DNA of 42,766 bases from NCBI GenBank assembly GCA_003644405.1, contig QNCE01000003.1, positions 1 to 42,766 of the forward strand, given 5' to 3'. The position numbers and the translations under genes were made by a program. Source of the stretch: Candidatus Omnitrophota bacterium (GTDB lineage: Bacteria > Omnitrophota > Gorgyraeia > Duberdicusellales > 4484-171). The notes beneath the pieces were generated by a model, which saw only the letters and a list, made by a program, of their open reading frames with translations, had not been told where the DNA came from and did not search any database. This document shows positions 16,495 through 27,411 of this stretch, piece by piece (position 1 is the stretch's first letter; each line of letters opens with the position of its first letter).

Positions 16495-17879
16495 TGTTCA
16501 CCTCCTTCTTCCAATAAATCAATATATAACTCCTTCAATTGAGTTTCATCCACAGAGGAAGGAGCCTGAGTAAGAAGACAAATCCCCTTTTGTGTCTTAG
16601 GAAAAGCAATCACATCACGAATACTCTCGGAATTAGTGATCAAAGCATAGAGTCTATCCAACCCAAAAGCAATACCTCCGTGAGGAGGAGCACCAAATTC
16701 TAAAGCACGAAGGAAAAAACCAAAATTCTCCTCCACTTCTTGAGAAGTTATCCCTAATAGAGAAAAAATCTTTTTTTGAAGTGATAAAGAATTTATTCTT
16801 ATCGAACCACTAGCTATTTCTACTCCATTTAAAATCAAATCATAAGCTTGAGCTCTCACTTTACCTATCTCTCTATCTAAAAATTCTATATCCTCATCTT
16901 TAGGAGCAGTAAAAGGATGATGGTTTGACTTCCATCTTTTCTCTTCTTGGCTATACTCAAAAAGAGGAAAATCGTAAATCCATAAGAAACGGAATTTTCC
17001 CTCACCGATATCCGGTTTATCACAGGAATATCTATTGATAGCTTCCTGGTAACTCATACGAGGAAAGGGAGTTTTAACTTCCACACCCAAAACATCTTTA
17101 AAGGTGTAAACAAGCATTTCCTCTACTAAAGAAAATATATCTTCCTCCTCTATAAAAGAAGCCTCAATATCCAGTTGTGTAAACTCTGGTTGTCTATCTT
17201 TTCTTAAATCTTCATCACGAAAACACCTCACTATCTGATAATACCTGTCAACCCCTGAAACCATCAGAATCTGTTTAAATAACTGAGGAGATTGAGGAAG
17301 AGCATAAAATTTATTAGGATTTAGCCGTGAAGGAACTAAAAAATCTCTAGCTCCCTCAGGAGTAGATTTAGAAAGATAAGGAGTTTCTATCTCTATAAAT
17401 CCTTTTTTATATAAGAACTCCTTAAATTTATAGTTAAACTTACTCCTTAAGATAAATTTCTCTAATACAGAAGGGCGACGAAGGTCAAGATAACGATGGT
17501 AAAGTCTTATCTCTTCAGAAACCTCAACATTTTCTTCTATGGAGAAAGGTAACTCCTTAGAAGGAGCAAGAATGTCTAACTCCTTTACTAAAACCTCAAT
17601 CTCTCCAGTAGTAATTTTAGGATTTTCTGTACCCTGAGGACGCCTATTAACCACTCCCTTTACTTTCACTACGTCTTCGTTGTTTAGCCTTTTTGCTTTT
17701 TTATAAGTATCACTATAGGGTTTAGGGGTAAATACTAACTGAGTTAAGCCATATCTATCTCTTAAGTCAATGAAAATTATCTTCCCATGGTCACGGCGAC
17801 TATGAACCCACCCGCAGAGGGTAACCTCTTTCTCTATATCTTTTTGCGTTAATTCTCCACAGGTATGAGTCCTCAACAT
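16491..17879 (-). CDS. aspS: Aspartate--tRNA(Asp/Asn) ligase, bacterial type, lacking the GAD insertion
   Basis: RRDHG..FIDLRD, TPEGARDF, LPQSPQLFKQ, FRDED, PPHGGIAFGLDR; only 462 aa. Confidence 0.96.
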   Translation of the reverse strand: MLRTHTCGELTQKDIEKEVTLCGWVHSRRDHGKIIFIDLRDRYGLTQLVFTPKPYSDTYKKAKRLNNEDVVKVKGVVNRRPQGTENPKITTGEIEVLVKELDILAPSKELPFSIEENVEVSEEIRLYHRYLDLRRPSVLEKFILRSKFNYKFKEFLYKKGFIEIETPYLSKSTPEGARDFLVPSRLNPNKFYALPQSPQLFKQILMVSGVDRYYQIVRCFRDEDLRKDRQPEFTQLDIEASFIEEEDIFSLVEEMLVYTFKDVLGVEVKTPFPRMSYQEAINRYSCDKPDIGEGKFRFLWIYDFPLFEYSQEEKRWKSNHHPFTAPKDEDIEFLDREIGKVRAQAYDLILNGVEIASGSIRINSLSLQKKIFSLLGITSQEVEENFGFFLRALEFGAPPHGGIAFGLDRLYALITNSESIRDVIAFPKTQKGICLLTQAPSSVDETQLKELYIDLLEEGGEQ

Positions 17880-17884
17880 AGCTC

Positions 17885-19129
17885 TTAAGAAAGAAAGAAA
17901 TCAAGTATACGAGAACACTCCACGGTTCTTTGACAGGATTTTTTCATATCCCTTACTATTAAATGACCTCGTTTTATTTCCTCATCGCCTACGATAATAA
18001 CAAAATTTGCGCCTGCTTTTTCAGCGCTACGTAATTGACTTTTAAGAGACTTTTCTTTATAACTGATATCTGAAGAGACTTTATTTTTTCGAAGGGTATT
18101 CAACAACTTGTAAGCTTGGGGGTAAACATTGAGTGAAGTATAAGCAACAAAAACTAAAACTTTAGAGGTAAGATCTGGCTTCTTTAAAAGCAGTAACATT
18201 CTCTCCAAACCTAAAGCAAAACCTATTGCTGGAATGGAAGGTCCTCCTAGATTTTTTACCAGATCATTATATCGCCCTCCTGCTCCACAAGCATCTTGAC
18301 TACCTAACTGTTTATGAACCAGCTCAAATACAGTATTAGTGTAGTAATCTAACCCTCTTACTAAAGTAGGTTGGTATAAAAAATCAATTTCTAGCTCCTT
18401 TAAAAGAGAAAGAACTTCATTAAAATGGCAAAGACATTCCTTACACAAAAATCTATCCGAAATATCCAAATGACTTACTACCTTTCTACAACTTTCCTCT
18501 TTACAATCAAGAACCCTTAAAGGATTAGTTGTCAGCCTTCTTTGGCATAAAGGACATAGCTTACTTCTATAGGAAATTAGCTCTTTCTTTAAAAAATTAG
18601 TAAGATTAGCTTTATCTTGCTGGCATCCTAAGCTATTTACTTTTAGTTTAATACCTTTTATCCCACATTCCTGAAGAATAGATAAAGCAAGTTTGATTAC
18701 CTCTACATCTAAGTAAGGGCTGTTAGAACCAAATGCTTCACAACCTATATGGTGGAACTGACGTAAGCGTCCTTTTTGAGGTCTCTCTCCCCTAAACATT
18801 GGTCCAATATAGAAAAACTTGTAAAAATCTTTCTTGGTATAGAGGGCATTCTCTATGAATGACCTTACCATACCTGCAGTACCTTCGGGTCTTAATACAA
18901 TATCTTTACCCTCTACTCTAAACATTTGCTTCTCTCCCACAATATCAGAAGTTTTCCCTACGCTCTTAGTAAAAATTTCTTCTCGCTCTAAAATAGGAAG
19001 AATAACTTCTTGGTAGCCAAATGTATTAAATAAATTTCTAGCTTTACCTACAATCTCTTGGATAAGGTCGGATTCTGGAGGATAAAAGTCAAGGGTACCT
19101 CTTAGGCGCTGATAACTCTTCTTCATCAC
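17885..19129 (-). CDS. hisS: Histidine--tRNA ligase
   Basis: LRPEGTA, FRGERPQKGRLRQF, RGLDYY, GGRYN, GLER. Confidence 0.97.
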   Translation of the reverse strand: MMKKSYQRLRGTLDFYPPESDLIQEIVGKARNLFNTFGYQEVILPILEREEIFTKSVGKTSDIVGEKQMFRVEGKDIVLRPEGTAGMVRSFIENALYTKKDFYKFFYIGPMFRGERPQKGRLRQFHHIGCEAFGSNSPYLDVEVIKLALSILQECGIKGIKLKVNSLGCQQDKANLTNFLKKELISYRSKLCPLCQRRLTTNPLRVLDCKEESCRKVVSHLDISDRFLCKECLCHFNEVLSLLKELEIDFLYQPTLVRGLDYYTNTVFELVHKQLGSQDACGAGGRYNDLVKNLGGPSIPAIGFALGLERMLLLLKKPDLTSKVLVFVAYTSLNVYPQAYKLLNTLRKNKVSSDISYKEKSLKSQLRSAEKAGANFVIIVGDEEIKRGHLIVRDMKKSCQRTVECSRILDFFLS

Positions 19130-19134
19130 ATAAG

Positions 19135-19416
19135 TTAGAGGGGAACCTGGGAGCTGGGTTTCATTTTTAAGCCTGGCTTAAAAACAACTACCATCCTTTC
19201 AGGAATGGGAACTACTTCGCCAGTTTTGGGATTCCTGCCGATTTTCTTCTTCCTCTTCTTAAGAAAAAATACTCCAAAGTTGCGTATCTCCACCCTCTCC
19301 CCTCTCTGTAAGCTTTCTAAGATAGCATCAAAAGTACCCTGAACTATTCTTTTAACTACTGTTTGCTTTACTCCACAAGCTTCACTAATTTTTAGAACAA
19401 TATCTCTTTTAGTCAT
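19135..19416 (-). CDS. HU/IHF-family DNA-binding protein
   Basis: VEIRNFGVF, GRNPKTGE, VFKPG. Confidence 0.94.
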   Translation of the reverse strand: MTKRDIVLKISEACGVKQTVVKRIVQGTFDAILESLQRGERVEIRNFGVFFLKKRKKKIGRNPKTGEVVPIPERMVVVFKPGLKMKPSSQVPL

Positions 19417-19441
19417 GATTTATAAATTTATCACCCCCTCC

Positions 19442-22400
19442 TTAAAGTGTCAAGGATAAGTTTTCTCTGCCCACGCAGGAGGCAATTTCCTCTAATACTT
19501 CCTCATTTAAATTGAGGTGAAACTCTTTAGCTGTCTTTACTTTTAAACCATTAAATCTTTTATTGTGAAGAATAAAGCTAACTTTTACTTCGCCTCTATT
19601 ACGGGTAAAAATTTCTTTAAGCTTTTTTAAGTTAAGCCCTCCGTTTTTAACAACGATATTTAATGCCTTTACATCTTTCCATAACTCTTGAATACCCAGC
19701 ACCTTAGTAGCGATTATCTTAGGAATCTTTTCCTTAAACTCCACCCTCCCCTTTACTGCTACTATTTGAGATTGCTGAAGATATTTTGCACTCTGTTCAA
19801 AAATTTTAGGAAAAATAAATACTTCAATGGAACCAGTCTCATCCTCAATTTTTAAAATAGCCATCCTTTCTCTCTCTTTACGGGTAGTCACCAACTTCAC
19901 TTTATCTACCAAACCTATCACAAAAGTATCTCCAGATTCCTCTTTCTCATAGAGAGTAGTGATTTTTGGCGTCTTAAGAGTAGCAATGAGATTTTCATAC
20001 TTTTTCAGAGGATGGCTAGAAACATACATACCTAACAGAGCTTTTTCAAAATGAAGAATTTGCTCTTGAGGCCACTCCTCTATTTGAGGTACTTCTTCCT
20101 TGAGAGGGGAGGAAAAAAAGAAAAGTTGAGAGGTATCCCTCTTTATTTTTCTTCCACTTCTCTCCAAAGTTTTATCTAAAATACTCATCATTTGAGATCG
20201 CTTAAGCCCCAAACTATCCATAGCTCCAGATTTTATTAAGCTTTCTATAACTTTTTTATTCACTGTACGGGAATCCACTCTAGAAATAAAATCAAAAAAG
20301 TCTTCGTACTTTTTCTCCTTACGTACTCTAATTATATTCTCTAAGGCTGCTTCACCAACATTTTTTATAGCCAAAAGCCCAAAACGAATATTACCTTCTT
20401 CGGTAACGGTAAAGTTGGCAAAGCTAGTATTTATATCAGGAGGAAGAACCTCTATGCCCATCCTTTTTGCTTCGTTAATATACTCCACTACCTTATCGGT
20501 ATTGGTACGCTCACTAGTAAGAAGAGCGGCCATAAATTCTACCGGGAAGTTTGCTTTTAGATATGCAGTACGATAAGAAATTAATGCGTAAGCAGTGGAG
20601 TGACTCTTATTAAAACCATAACCAGAAAAGTAATCAATTAAATTAAAAATCTTGTAGGCTACTTCTTGAGCGATACCGTTTCTTCTGCATCCTTCTATAA
20701 AGAGAGAACGTTGCTCCTCCATAATCTCAGGAATCTTTTTCCCAATAGCTTTTCTTAAAAGATCAGCCTGGGCTAAGCTAAATCCAGCTAACTGAGAAGC
20801 TATCTCCATAGTCTGCTCCTGATAAAGGATAATCCCGTAGGTTTCTTTCAGGATAGACTCAAGTTTAGGATGTAAGTATCCAATAGGCTTTTTACCTCGT
20901 TTACGTTCAATAAAATCGGAAACTAGACCACTCCCTAGTGGTCCTGGTCTATATAAAGCAAGCACTGCGATAAGGTCCTTGAAATCATTAGGTTTTAGCT
21001 CTTTTAAGATACGACGCATTCCTGCACTTTCTAACTGGAAAACCCCAATACTCTCTCCGCGAGAAAGCATTCTAAAAGTCTTTTTATCATCTAAAGGAAT
21101 GGTTCTTATATCTATATCTACTTTTTTCTTCGTTCTCTTTATTATCTTAAGAGTCTCCTCTATAACGGTGAGGGTCTTTAGCCCTAAAAAGTCCATCTTA
21201 AGCATCCCAATCCTTTCCAAAGAGTCCATATCAAACCCTGTGATTATTTCTCCTTCAGGACCCCGAACTAAAGGTATCCTCTCCATAAGGGGTCTATCAG
21301 AAATAACTACTCCGGCAGCATGGGTAGAAGCATGACGAGAAAGACCCTCTAACTGAACGGCAGTATCAATAAGTTTCTTTACTTTTGAATCACTCTGATA
21401 AATATTCTTCAAATCAGGATTAATCTTTAAAGCCTCTTTTAAACTAATATGGTGACCTACAGAATAAGGAATCATCTTAGCGATTCGGTCTACTTCAGAA
21501 TAACTAAATCCTAATACTCTTCCTACATCTCTTACTACCGCTCTAGCTAAGAGAGTCCCAAAGGTTATTATTTGTGCTACACAATCCTTTCCGTACTTAG
21601 CACTTACATAATCTAGAACTTTTTGACGACTCTCATAACAAAAATCTATATCTATGTCAGGCATAGAAACCCTTTGAGGATTTAAAAATCTTTCAAAAAT
21701 AAGCCCATACTTTAAAGGATCAATATCAGTAATCTCTAAAAGATAACTTACAATACTTCCTGCTGCGCTTCCTCTTCCTGGTCCTACAGGAATACCTTTT
21801 TCCTTAGCAAATTTTATCAAGTCCCATATGATTAAAAAATAAGAGGAAAAACCCGTTCTCTTAATAACTTCTAATTCATTCTCTAAACGAGTAATAACTT
21901 CTTTTGTAGGTTGAGGATAGCGTTTCTTCAGGTTAGTATAACATAACTCTCTTAAATATTCATACTCGTTAGTTTTATCAGGAGGAAGAGGAAATTTAGG
22001 AATATGTACTTCCGAGAAATCTAAAGTCAAGTTACACTTTTCAGCAATCTCTAATGTAGCTTTAACTGCCTGGGGTAAATCTCTAAAAAGTTGCTTCATC
22101 TCCTCAGGAGACCTAAAATAAAATTTATCGCTTCCGAACCTAAAATGATCCTTATCAAGAAGAGTGCTCTGAGTCTGTAAACAAAGAAGGACTTGGTGAG
22201 CAAATGATTCTTCTCTAGTAAGGTAATGGACATCGTTAGTAGCTACTAAAGGGATACCTAAATCTTGAGAAATCTTTAGAAGGTATTTATTTACCTTATG
22301 TTGCTCTTTTAAATCATTATCCATTATCTCCAAATAGAAGTTACCTCTACCAAATACTTCCTGATAGGTGTCTGCTAGTTTATAAGCTGTATTTACCTCA

Positions 22401-22858
22401 CCCTTCAACACAAAGTAGGGAATCTCTCCTTTAAGGCAGGCGCTCAAAGCAATTAAACCATCGTGGTATTTTTCTAATAATTCCATGTCCACTCTAGGCT
22501 TATAGTAGAATCCCTCTAAGTTGGCTAAACTTACCAATTTAATAAGATTTTGATAGCCCCGCTTATCTTTGGCTAAAAGAAGCAGATGGAAAGCACTTTC
22601 TTCAGAATTTTTGTAATTTTTTGTAAACCGTGAAGGTTTTGCTATGTATACCTCACACCCAATAATGGGCTTTATTCCTTTATCCAGACAGAGCTGATAA
22701 AACTTTATAGCACCAAAAAGATTTCCATGATCAGTAATAGCTAACGCAGGTAAATTATACTCTTTAGCTTTATCTATTAACCTTTCTAAATGACATGCTC
22801 CGTCTAAGAGGCTATACTGAGTGTGAACATGAAGGTGAACAAAATCAGAACTTCCCAT
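19442..22858 (-). CDS. dnaE: DNA polymerase III alpha subunit
   Basis: PHP HLHVHTQYSLLDG, GPGRGSAAGS, MPDIDIDF, YGFNKSH, OB-fold; start set at ATG 22858 rather than the GTG inside guaA. Confidence 0.97.
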   Translation of the reverse strand: MGSSDFVHLHVHTQYSLLDGACHLERLIDKAKEYNLPALAITDHGNLFGAIKFYQLCLDKGIKPIIGCEVYIAKPSRFTKNYKNSEESAFHLLLLAKDKRGYQNLIKLVSLANLEGFYYKPRVDMELLEKYHDGLIALSACLKGEIPYFVLKGEVNTAYKLADTYQEVFGRGNFYLEIMDNDLKEQHKVNKYLLKISQDLGIPLVATNDVHYLTREESFAHQVLLCLQTQSTLLDKDHFRFGSDKFYFRSPEEMKQLFRDLPQAVKATLEIAEKCNLTLDFSEVHIPKFPLPPDKTNEYEYLRELCYTNLKKRYPQPTKEVITRLENELEVIKRTGFSSYFLIIWDLIKFAKEKGIPVGPGRGSAAGSIVSYLLEITDIDPLKYGLIFERFLNPQRVSMPDIDIDFCYESRQKVLDYVSAKYGKDCVAQIITFGTLLARAVVRDVGRVLGFSYSEVDRIAKMIPYSVGHHISLKEALKINPDLKNIYQSDSKVKKLIDTAVQLEGLSRHASTHAAGVVISDRPLMERIPLVRGPEGEIITGFDMDSLERIGMLKMDFLGLKTLTVIEETLKIIKRTKKKVDIDIRTIPLDDKKTFRMLSRGESIGVFQLESAGMRRILKELKPNDFKDLIAVLALYRPGPLGSGLVSDFIERKRGKKPIGYLHPKLESILKETYGIILYQEQTMEIASQLAGFSLAQADLLRKAIGKKIPEIMEEQRSLFIEGCRRNGIAQEVAYKIFNLIDYFSGYGFNKSHSTAYALISYRTAYLKANFPVEFMAALLTSERTNTDKVVEYINEAKRMGIEVLPPDINTSFANFTVTEEGNIRFGLLAIKNVGEAALENIIRVRKEKKYEDFFDFISRVDSRTVNKKVIESLIKSGAMDSLGLKRSQMMSILDKTLERSGRKIKRDTSQLFFFSSPLKEEVPQIEEWPQEQILHFEKALLGMYVSSHPLKKYENLIATLKTPKITTLYEKEESGDTFVIGLVDKVKLVTTRKERERMAILKIEDETGSIEVFIFPKIFEQSAKYLQQSQIVAVKGRVEFKEKIPKIIATKVLGIQELWKDVKALNIVVKNGGLNLKKLKEIFTRNRGEVKVSFILHNKRFNGLKVKTAKEFHLNLNEEVLEEIASCVGRENLSLTL

Positions 22859-22866
22859 TTTACTGA

Positions 22867-24408
22867 CTATTCCCACTCAATAGTTGCGGGAGGTTTAGAA
22901 CTGATATCGAATACTACCCTATTTATCCCTTTTACTTTATTAATTAAAGTGCTGGAAATCTCCTCTAAAACTGGATAAGGAAGTTTAGCCCAATCAGCAG
23001 TCATTCCATCCAAACTAGTTACCGCTCTTATTGCTACTACGTATTCATAAGTCCGCTTATCTCCCATAACTCCTACTGTCTTTAGAGGCAAAAGGACACA
23101 GAAAGCCTGCCACAGATCTTTATACAAACCTCTTTTTTTTATAATTCCTTCCAAGAGGCGGTCAGCGTCTCTTAAAATCTTTAACCGCCTTCTAGTTATC
23201 TCTCCCACAATCCTTACGCCCAACCCTGGCCCTGGGAAAGGATGGCGAAAAACTATCTCTTCCGGTAAATTTAGCATCCTAGCAATTTCTCTAACCTCAT
23301 CTTTGAATAATTCTCTAAATGGCTCAATCAACTTCAACTTCATCCTCAGGGGCAAGCCTCCTACATTATGATGAGTTTTTATCCTTGAAGTAGGTCCTCC
23401 AAAAAAAGAGATCGACTCAATAACATCAGGATAAAGAGTTCCTTGAGCTAGAAATTCTACACCTTTTATTTTTTTTGCTTCTTCTTCAAAAACCTTTATA
23501 AATTCATGACCGATAATCTTCCTTTTTTCCTCAGGATCAGTTACCCCTTTAAGTTTTGTTAAGAATCTAGAGGAAGCATTGATGAAACGAAGATCTATTT
23601 TGAAATTTTCTCTAAATATTTTTATAACCCTTCTAGCTTCTCCATATCTTAATAGACCATTATCTACAAAAATACATTTAAGTTTCTTCCCAATAGCTTT
23701 ATGAACAAGCACTGCTAAAGTAGAAGAATCCACTCCTCCACTTAAACCACAAATGACTTTTTTATCCTTAACAACCTTCCTTATCTGTTTTATCTTCCTA
23801 TCTATGAAATCTTCCATCTGCCAGCTAGCAAAACAATCACATATACGAAAGAGAAAATTGGAAATTATCTGAAGTCCATACTGAGTATGAACGACTTCAG
23901 GATGGAACTGGACTCCATAAATTTTTTTCTCTCTTAAAGCTACAGAGGCGTAAGGAGTATTTGCTGTATGACTTAGGCACTCAAATTTATGAGGTAATTT
24001 AACTGCAAAATCTCCGTGACTCATCCAAGAGGTAATTTTAGCGGGAAGAGAAAAAAATAGATCTTGATGATCGTCTATATACATTAATGCCCTTCCATAC
24101 TCCCTCTTAGGAGCCTCTTTGATTTCTCCTCCTAATGTCTTTATAATGAGCTGCATACCATAGCATATTCCTAAAATAGGAATACCTAAATTCAATATCC
24201 GAGGGTTTAAAGAGGGAGCTTTCTCTTCATATACACTGTGAGGCCCACCAGAAAGAATAATCCCTTTAGGGGCTATCTTTTTTATCTTTTCTATAGTAAT
24301 ATTAGGAGGTTCAATTAAACTAAAAACTTTAAGCTCCCTAATTCGGCGTGCAATGAGCTGAGTATACTGAGAACCAAAATCTAAAATAAGAATTATATCT
24401 TTAGGCAT
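22867..24408 (-). CDS. guaA: GMP synthase (glutamine-hydrolysing)
   Basis: [39 protein letters not shown]. Confidence 0.98.
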   Translation of the reverse strand: MPKDIILILDFGSQYTQLIARRIRELKVFSLIEPPNITIEKIKKIAPKGIILSGGPHSVYEEKAPSLNPRILNLGIPILGICYGMQLIIKTLGGEIKEAPKREYGRALMYIDDHQDLFFSLPAKITSWMSHGDFAVKLPHKFECLSHTANTPYASVALREKKIYGVQFHPEVVHTQYGLQIISNFLFRICDCFASWQMEDFIDRKIKQIRKVVKDKKVICGLSGGVDSSTLAVLVHKAIGKKLKCIFVDNGLLRYGEARRVIKIFRENFKIDLRFINASSRFLTKLKGVTDPEEKRKIIGHEFIKVFEEEAKKIKGVEFLAQGTLYPDVIESISFFGGPTSRIKTHHNVGGLPLRMKLKLIEPFRELFKDEVREIARMLNLPEEIVFRHPFPGPGLGVRIVGEITRRRLKILRDADRLLEGIIKKRGLYKDLWQAFCVLLPLKTVGVMGDKRTYEYVVAIRAVTSLDGMTADWAKLPYPVLEEISSTLINKVKGINRVVFDISSKPPATIEWE

Positions 24409-24410
24409 AC

Positions 24411-25571
24411 TTACTTACCCATTCCTACTCTCTGAACTACCTGAAAAATTTTCCCTTCAGTTTGAATAGAAGGGGCAATAATAATCTCTACGAAATGCAT
24501 CTCTTTTATATTTCTTGCTCCCAAGGCTCCCATAGAAGTAGCTAAGGCTCCTACTAAGTTTTGCGAACCATCGTCTACCACCGCTGGACCAAAAAGAATC
24601 TGTTCTAAACTTCCAGAAATTCCTACTTCAATCCTTGTTCCTCGAGGAAGGTTGGTGTGACTGGTAGCCATTCCCCAGTGGAACCCTCTACCAGGAGCTT
24701 CTTTTGCTCTAGCAAAAGCAGAACCGATCATCACTGCATCTGCTCCGCAAGCAAAAGCTTTACAAACATCGCCTCCTGTACGCATTCCTCCATCGGTAAT
24801 GATAGGAATATACTTTCCTGTTTTTTGAAAGTAAAAGTCCCTAGCAGCAGCACAATCAATGGTAGCGGTAACTTGAGGAACTCCTATCCCTAATACCCCT
24901 CTCGTAGTACAAGCAGCTCCTGGACCTACTCCTACCAGAATTGCAGAAACTCCTGTCTCTAGGAGTTCTAAAGTAACTTCGTAAGTGACACAGTTTCCTA
25001 CAATTACAGGAATTTTTCTTTCTTTACAGAATTTAAACAAATCCAGAGGCTTATACTTGGTAGAGATATGTTTAGTAGTAGTGACGGTAGACTGCACTAC
25101 AAAGCAATCCGCTCCTGCTTCCTCAGCAATGGGAGCAAACTTTTGGGCATTTTGAGGAATACAGCTTACCGCAGCATAACCTCCTTTAGATTTTATTTGG
25201 TGAATACGTTCAGAAATAAGCTCTTCTTTAACAGGTGTAGTATACACCTTCTGAATTAAATTAGTTGCCTCTTTCTGTGTGGCATTAGCAATTTGAGATA
25301 AAACTTCCTCAGGATCCTTATAACGGGTCTGTATCCCATCCAGATTAAGCACAGCAATTCCTCCCAAACGTGACATCTCTACCGCAAAATTAACATCCAC
25401 TACCCCATCCATAGCTGCTGCCAATATAGGAACAGAAAACCTTCTTTGAGCAAATTCCCAAGATGTATCTACTTCCTCCGGATTAATGGTAACTTTACCT
25501 GGCACTAAAGCAATTTCATCAAAACCATAACATCGTCTTGCTCTTCTTCCTATACCAATCCACTCTGCCAT
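24411..25571 (-). CDS. guaB: GuaB3-family IMP dehydrogenase-related protein (no CBS domains)
   Basis: [28 protein letters not shown] (catalytic Cys), HWGMAT, LPRGTRI; directly upstream of guaA. Confidence 0.92.
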   Translation of the reverse strand: MAEWIGIGRRARRCYGFDEIALVPGKVTINPEEVDTSWEFAQRRFSVPILAAAMDGVVDVNFAVEMSRLGGIAVLNLDGIQTRYKDPEEVLSQIANATQKEATNLIQKVYTTPVKEELISERIHQIKSKGGYAAVSCIPQNAQKFAPIAEEAGADCFVVQSTVTTTKHISTKYKPLDLFKFCKERKIPVIVGNCVTYEVTLELLETGVSAILVGVGPGAACTTRGVLGIGVPQVTATIDCAAARDFYFQKTGKYIPIITDGGMRTGGDVCKAFACGADAVMIGSAFARAKEAPGRGFHWGMATSHTNLPRGTRIEVGISGSLEQILFGPAVVDDGSQNLVGALATSMGALGARNIKEMHFVEIIIAPSIQTEGKIFQVVQRVGMGK

Positions 25572-25600
25572 ACTCTCCCCCTTTTACTCAAATTTGCTTA

Positions 25601-26560
25601 TTAACTTATCCAAGATAAAACCTTTTTCTCGTTAAACTCCTCATCTAAAAAACTCTCAATATCCTGAAGAGTATAAACTTTAGGGAAAAAATAGCCTTCT
25701 CCTCTTTCTGTAATCTTCTCTGCTAAAGCTTTTGCTTCCCGGTAGACATTTATGCTATTAAAAATAAAAAAATACTCTTTCTCTATATTCTTCCTTGCTA
25801 CATCTCCTAAAAGCATTACTTGGGGAGGTAGCTCTCCTTCTTTAAGGGAAGTCTCCAATATCTTTAGATTGGGTAAAAGATGCGTATCAACAACTACCAC
25901 ATTTGAAGAAAAGACTTTGGGAAGAGAAATCTTTGTTGCTTTAACTATTGAGTTACCAATAACTTCAGTAATCTCCGCATTTTCATAGATATCTATATTT
26001 CTTCTCTTTAGGATAGAGATTACCTCTTCTTTCTTTCTTCCTAAAAAATCTAATGAATTACTTATTAGTTTTATTTCCTTATTAAAAAAGGAAAGGCAAA
26101 ATGCTAATCTTACCCCTAAGATAGTAGAAGCAAAGATAACAAAATCTGAAGCTATCTTTATGTAATTTCGAAAAGAAAGAGGGTCTATTTCTGACATATA
26201 AAAGAAACCTTCGCGATGTTCTCCTTTTATGGACAACTCTTGAGAAATTAAACCAGTGCAAACGATTAAGTTTTTAAACCCCATGGTACTTTTATCTTTA
26301 AAATATAAATTCTTCTTAGAAAAGCTTACTCTTTCTACTTCTTTATTAATAAAATTTATTCCTACATTAGAAAAAAACTCATTTAAGTTTATAACTTTCT
26401 CTTTCTCTTTATTAAAAAGAAGAGGAAAGAAGTAATTCTTATCGAAGAAATAACTCTTTTTATCTATTACTGTAATATCTAAACTTCCCTCTTCTTTTTT
26501 TAGCAACTCTGCTAAAGTTATACCTCCCCGTCCTGCTCCTAAAATACAGATACTCTTCAT
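25601..26560 (-). CDS. Divergent FAD-dependent pyridine-nucleotide oxidoreductase-like flavoprotein
   Basis: True start probably ATG 26560 (ATGA overlap with the metF stop): ILGAGRGG FAD loop, LIVCTG, LLGD; second Rossmann motif degenerate (IFASTILG). Confidence 0.75.
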   Translation of the reverse strand: MKSICILGAGRGGITLAELLKKEEGSLDITVIDKKSYFFDKNYFFPLLFNKEKEKVINLNEFFSNVGINFINKEVERVSFSKKNLYFKDKSTMGFKNLIVCTGLISQELSIKGEHREGFFYMSEIDPLSFRNYIKIASDFVIFASTILGVRLAFCLSFFNKEIKLISNSLDFLGRKKEEVISILKRRNIDIYENAEITEVIGNSIVKATKISLPKVFSSNVVVVDTHLLPNLKILETSLKEGELPPQVMLLGDVARKNIEKEYFFIFNSINVYREAKALAEKITERGEGYFFPKVYTLQDIESFLDEEFNEKKVLSWIS

Positions 26561-27411
26561 AGAAAAAGTTCTCTTGCAGTGGAATACCATCCTAAAGACA
26601 TAATATGAACTCCCTGACAAATATCTTTTAACTCTGCTATTATTTCTTTAGCAATTCTTATTGCTTCCTCTTTTTTGTTTTTTGCTTTCTCTAACCTATC
26701 TAAGTATAAATGAGGAACCTCTATCCCCTCTACATTTTCATTAAGGTACTTAGCCATTTTATGGGATTTTAAAAAAATAACTCCTGCTATAACTTTAGTT
26801 CTTAATCTCCTTATCTTTTTCATAAAAACATAGAACTTCTTTACATCAAATATAGGCTGGGTCTGAAAAAAAGATGCTCCCAATTTTATCTTTTTCTCTG
26901 CACGCTTTAGCTCCCTATCTACATCCTTAGCCATAGGGTTGAGAGCAGCTCCAATGTAAAAGTTAGGTTTCCCTTTCAAAAGATTTCCGGATAAATCATA
27001 ACCAGAATTCAATTGAGAAGCAATCTTTATAAGACCTAAAGAATCCACTTCAAAAACTTCTTTAGCTTTAGGATGGTCTCCACAAATAGGTCTATCTCCT
27101 GTAAGAAGAAGAAGGTTCTCTACTCCTAAGGCATAACTTCCTAAAAGATCTCCTTGCAAAGCTAAACAGTTTCTGTCTCGAGTAGTAAGTTGTAAGATAG
27201 GTTCTAAATTATTAAGTTTGAGTTTGGCTGCTAACGCCCAACTACTTAGGCGCATATTTGCCGACTGCATATCAGTTACATTGAAAGCATCTATATATTT
27301 TTTAAGAGGTAAAACCTCTTTTAATGTAGTTTCGATGTCTACTCCTTTAGGAGGCTCTACTTCTAAAGTAAAAACAAATTTATTCTTTTCTAACTTCTCC
27401 CGAAACTTCAT
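26557..27411 (-). CDS. metF: Methylenetetrahydrofolate reductase
   Basis: EVEPPKG, NVTD, QLTTRDRN, LTGD...GDHP, FFQTQPIFD, GVHIM. Confidence 0.94.
   Translation of the reverse strand: MKFREKLEKNKFVFTLEVEPPKGVDIETTLKEVLPLKKYIDAFNVTDMQSANMRLSSWALAAKLKLNNLEPILQLTTRDRNCLALQGDLLGSYALGVENLLLLTGDRPICGDHPKAKEVFEVDSLGLIKIASQLNSGYDLSGNLLKGKPNFYIGAALNPMAKDVDRELKRAEKKIKLGASFFQTQPIFDVKKFYVFMKKIRRLRTKVIAGVIFLKSHKMAKYLNENVEGIEVPHLYLDRLEKAKNKKEEAIRIAKEIIAELKDICQGVHIMSLGWYSTARELFL

Noticed and set aside
22859-22876. dnaE start at GTG 22876
   Set aside because: It lies inside the guaA 3' end; ATG 22858 immediately precedes the conserved FVHLHVH motif
26561-26620. N-terminal 20 aa of the 339-aa ORF call
   Set aside because: It overlaps metF by 64 nt; the Rossmann fold begins right after ATG 26560, which forms a typical ATGA coupling
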